Of a DNA stretch of 28,771 nucleotides, positions 26,092-28,771 are shown one piece after another (the first letter of the stretch is position 1; every line of letters begins with the position of its first letter). A model generated the notes under the pieces. It saw only the letters and a list, made by a program, of their open reading frames with translations, was not told where the DNA came from and ran no database searches. The translations under genes were made by a program, and so were the position numbers. Origin of the DNA: a virus; the IMG/VR virus record IMGVR_UViG_2778260947_000001, positions 1 through 28,771 of that record. The stretch is one strand, 5' to 3'.

Positions 26092-27669
26092 ATGGATAGA
26101 CAATCACGCATTTGGGGAGACAGTGGTACAGAACCCGCTGCCGGCGAGGAGACGTACGCCGGCGGTGAGAAACCCATCGCCGAGCACGACAACTGGGCGA
26201 TGTGGGCAATCACGAAGGATATCGATACGCTCGCGTCGATCGTTGGGACGCTCGAAGGCGTCTCGTCGGTAACGGAGCTCCGATACGAGACGCTCGCCGA
26301 CCGACCGGCGGCTGGGACGCCCGGGCGCGTCTCGTTCGCATACGACGAGCAGATCGTCGCCGTCGACGACGGGAACCAGTGGATCGACCTGGGCGTCAAG
26401 TCCCACGATGATCTCGCCGACATCGCAAGCGACGATCATCACGCGCGGTACACCGACGCCGAGGCCCAGAGCGCTGTCGTAGGATCCGTCGATGCGGCAT
26501 CTCTCACTGGCTCCTCTGGATCCAGTGGGCAGGTCCTCGAAACCGACGGGGATGCCCTCTCGTGGAGCGACATCAGCACGCGGACCGACGAAGAGATCGA
26601 GGACGTCGTCGCCTCGCTCGTACAGGCAGGCGATAAACTCTCGTGGACGTACGATGGCCAGAACGGAACGCTGACCGTCGACACGAGTGCGCTCAACGAC
26701 GAAGAAGTCGAAGATAAGGTCTCCACACTCGTCAACGCCGGCACCGGTGTAAGCGTCACCTACGACGACCAGAACGGCGCGCTGACGGTCGAAGTGCCGG
26801 AAGGCGCGATTAGTAGCACCGAACTGAACTTTGACCCCGCGACCAGCGGCGGTGTCGATGCGGTCGATACGGCACTGTCCGACCACAAGGGAGACGAGAC
26901 GAATCCCCACAACGTCAACGACGATCAGACCGGGGCTGCAGATGCACGAACCGACCTTCGGTTCGCGCTGTACCCCGAGGAAGTCGATGCGTCGACGCGA
27001 GACACCTACTACCAGAACTTCTCGAAGTTCGCGAACTCCGCAGCGATGACCAGCATCGCCGCCTCGTCGGTCGTGATGGACGAGGTCAGCGAGTCCAACA
27101 CGGCGATGGACGCGGCCAGCGCATCCGATACCGCGATGGACGCGGTGTCGACGTCCCCCACGGCGATGGACGCGGTGTCGACGTCTATCATGGCCCGAAC
27201 TGCAATACTTCACTCATCGCACGTTCGAGGCAGCGTCTGGACGGAGACAATTGGTGCTGAGAAGCTCTGGGAAGCAGGAGAACCGACACCACCGGCGTCA
27301 TATCTCGGCGGAGAGGACATCGATGCCGAGATGATCCAGGACCGGAGCGAAAGTGCGTACCAACTCCGCGTCGAGCTCTACAATTCGACCAGTGGTGGTC
27401 TGTACACCTACGACCTCGCGATCGACTGGGACGAGGCGTCGACGCTCAGGATCTACACGGCTGCGGATAACATAAGTGCGAGCGGATATATGACGGTTCA
27501 AATCGGCGGAAGTGAAGTCTTTAGCACCAACTCTAACCACGGATGGACCGAAAGATCGATCGACGCCTCAGGCTACAGCGGTGAGCAGGATCTGCAAATG
27601 GGGTTCTGGCTCGATTCAGCGACTGGAATAACTCGAACAACCGAATTCGCGGAAATTCAGCTGGAGTGA
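26092..27669 (+). CDS. Tail fibre protein with MDAV repeats and a variable C-terminal tip
   Basis: 525 aa. Contains HHARYTDAEA, a 37-aa tandem duplication (DEEIEDVVASLV...LTV / DEEVEDKVSTLV...LTV), four 10-aa xMDxVSxSxT repeats and a C-terminal beta-rich domain. Confidence 0.88.
   Translation: MDRQSRIWGDSGTEPAAGEETYAGGEKPIAEHDNWAMWAITKDIDTLASIVGTLEGVSSVTELRYETLADRPAAGTPGRVSFAYDEQIVAVDDGNQWIDLGVKSHDDLADIASDDHHARYTDAEAQSAVVGSVDAASLTGSSGSSGQVLETDGDALSWSDISTRTDEEIEDVVASLVQAGDKLSWTYDGQNGTLTVDTSALNDEEVEDKVSTLVNAGTGVSVTYDDQNGALTVEVPEGAISSTELNFDPATSGGVDAVDTALSDHKGDETNPHNVNDDQTGAADARTDLRFALYPEEVDASTRDTYYQNFSKFANSAAMTSIAASSVVMDEVSESNTAMDAASASDTAMDAVSTSPTAMDAVSTSIMARTAILHSSHVRGSVWTETIGAEKLWEAGEPTPPASYLGGEDIDAEMIQDRSESAYQLRVELYNSTSGGLYTYDLAIDWDEASTLRIYTAADNISASGYMTVQIGGSEVFSTNSNHGWTERSIDASGYSGEQDLQMGFWLDSATGITRTTEFAEIQLE
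27073..27192 (+). repeat. Four tandem 30-bp (10 aa) repeats in the fibre gene
   Basis: VMDEVSESNT/AMDAASASDT/AMDAVSTSPT/AMDAVSTSIM; GCGATGGACGCGGTGTCGACGTC is identical at 27133-27155 and 27163-27185. Confidence 0.92.
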
Positions 27670-27672
27670 CTC

Positions 27673-27954
27673 ATGATCAGTGCAATCTTCAAATCCGACA
27701 GCAGCGGTACCGACCGAATGGTTGGCTACGCTCGAGGCGAGTATTCAAGCAGCGACAGCCAGGAGAAGATCGTAGAAACGACCGAAGACGACCTGGCCGA
27801 GGTCTTCGACGCGACATCAGTCGACACTCTCGACGGCATCGACGAGTCGATCAGTGCCGCGGTCGATGGCCCCCTCACGTACCATGACTTTCTCGTGCTT
27901 GATGACGGGGAGATATCCTTCGACGCCGAGTATGTTCGCGAGAATCAAGAGTGA
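27673..27954 (+). CDS. Hypothetical protein, possible tail fibre assembly chaperone
   Basis: 93 aa acidic ORF directly after the fibre gene; function inferred from position only. Confidence 0.6.
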   Translation: MISAIFKSDSSGTDRMVGYARGEYSSSDSQEKIVETTEDDLAEVFDATSVDTLDGIDESISAAVDGPLTYHDFLVLDDGEISFDAEYVRENQE

Positions 27955-28340
27955 TCTCATCGAGGTCGAGAGTGATCTCCCAGTATTTGGTTCCGGTGTT
28001 GCTGTTCCCCGGAGAATTGAATGTCAGTGAGCTATGCGTGCTCCCTGGTGTATCTCCGGTGTCCTCGTACAGCTCGGCGTTCGAGCCCAACCACTCGTGT
28101 GGTGGCGACGGGAACCCTGTAGACCACATCTTTTCCGTCGGCATCTGTGACTCCCAGATCTCGTCGACGACGTACGCACTCGCGAGAAGAGTGGTCCGCG
28201 CGAGGATGGGTGCCGACACCGTGTCCATCGCGACCTGCGTACTCACGACCTTATCGAGCGCGATATCTTCCGAGGCGATCACCGCATCCATCGCGACGTC
28301 GGATGCGCTGACCGTATCCACGATGACCTGGGAGACATCT
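27955..28340 (-). pseudogene. Inverted, start-less and 3'-truncated alternative tail fibre tip cassette
   Basis: Minus frame MDTVSAPILARTTLLASAYVVDEIWESQMPTEKMWSTGFPSPPHEWLG aligns with fibre MDAVSTSIMARTAILHSSHVRGSVWTETIGAEKLWEAGEPTPPASYLG and is preceded by MDAV-type repeats. Confidence 0.85.
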
Positions 28341-28384
28341 CTTTTCGAGAGGTAGAGGCGCTGAAACAACAGTTCGAGAAATCC

Positions 28385-28771
28385 ATGTACGAGTACAAAG
28401 CTCACTGCGTGAACGTCATCGACGGCGACACGATCGACGTGGTCGTCGATCTCGGGTTCCATATCCAGCGGGAGATCCGGCTCCGACTGCAGGGTGTGGA
28501 CACCCACGAGACGTACGGCGTCAGTCACGATTCCGAGGAGTATCGCCGCGGGGAGCGCGAAACAGCGTACGTCCAGGACTGGCTCCCCAGCATCGATGGA
28601 GAGACGGCCGACGGCGCAGGGGGGGAGTGGCCGATCACCGTCCGCACCGAGAAGAAGGGGAAGTACGGTCGCTACCTCGCAGAGGTCGAGCGCCGACACG
28701 ACGGCGCCGTGTTGAACGAGGGCCTCCGCGAGACGTTCGACGGCGTCGACACGACGGAGGGGGAGAGCTGA
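28385..28771 (+). CDS. Thermonuclease (staphylococcal nuclease-like) family protein
   Basis: VIDGDT, RLRLQGVDTHE and KYGRYLA carry the SNase catalytic Asp/Arg/Asp/Glu/Arg positions; no signal peptide seen. Confidence 0.88.
   Translation: MYEYKAHCVNVIDGDTIDVVVDLGFHIQREIRLRLQGVDTHETYGVSHDSEEYRRGERETAYVQDWLPSIDGETADGAGGEWPITVRTEKKGKYGRYLAEVERRHDGAVLNEGLRETFDGVDTTEGES

Larger units (their letters stand above)
1..28771 (+). mobile_element. Haloarchaeal myovirus/provirus morphogenesis region (phiCh1/phiH1-like, inferred)
   Basis: Complete, canonically ordered terminase-portal-head-neck-sheath-tube-TMP-baseplate-fibre module. Proteins are extremely D/E-rich and DNA is GC-rich. No integrase or att site is in the window, so virus versus provirus cannot be decided. 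Confidence 0.93.

Noticed and set aside
27073-27192. 30-bp periodic repeats as a CRISPR array or DGR template
   Set aside because: The repeats are contiguous, in-frame coding units without spacers. No reverse transcriptase is present, and the tip differences are not adenine-specific.

Overview
The window is the virion morphogenesis region of a haloarchaeal tailed virus or provirus with a contractile tail (myovirus type). It is GC-rich, the proteins are very acidic, and nearly all genes lie on the + strand in overlapping operons. Gene order: small late accessory genes, HNH nuclease, terminase small and large subunits, portal, SPP1 gp7-like head protein, XkdF-type protease/scaffold, major capsid protein, neck, sheath, tube, tail chaperone, an inserted HNH/DUF4177 module, tape measure, baseplate, tail fibre and a thermonuclease. 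From memory, the gene order, capsid protein and 30-bp MDAV fibre repeats resemble phiCh1/phiH1-like viruses; no database search was run. Most notable observations: (1) a tRNA-like structure without a D-stem at 1646-1714; (2) an inverted, truncated alternative fibre-tip cassette with no recombinase between it and the fibre gene; (3) a start-less -1 frame extension of the tail chaperone that the ORF track misses; (4) a ~3.1 kb compositionally foreign tract that ends inside the tape-measure gene; (5) an apparent ~145 aa extra domain inside baseplate J.
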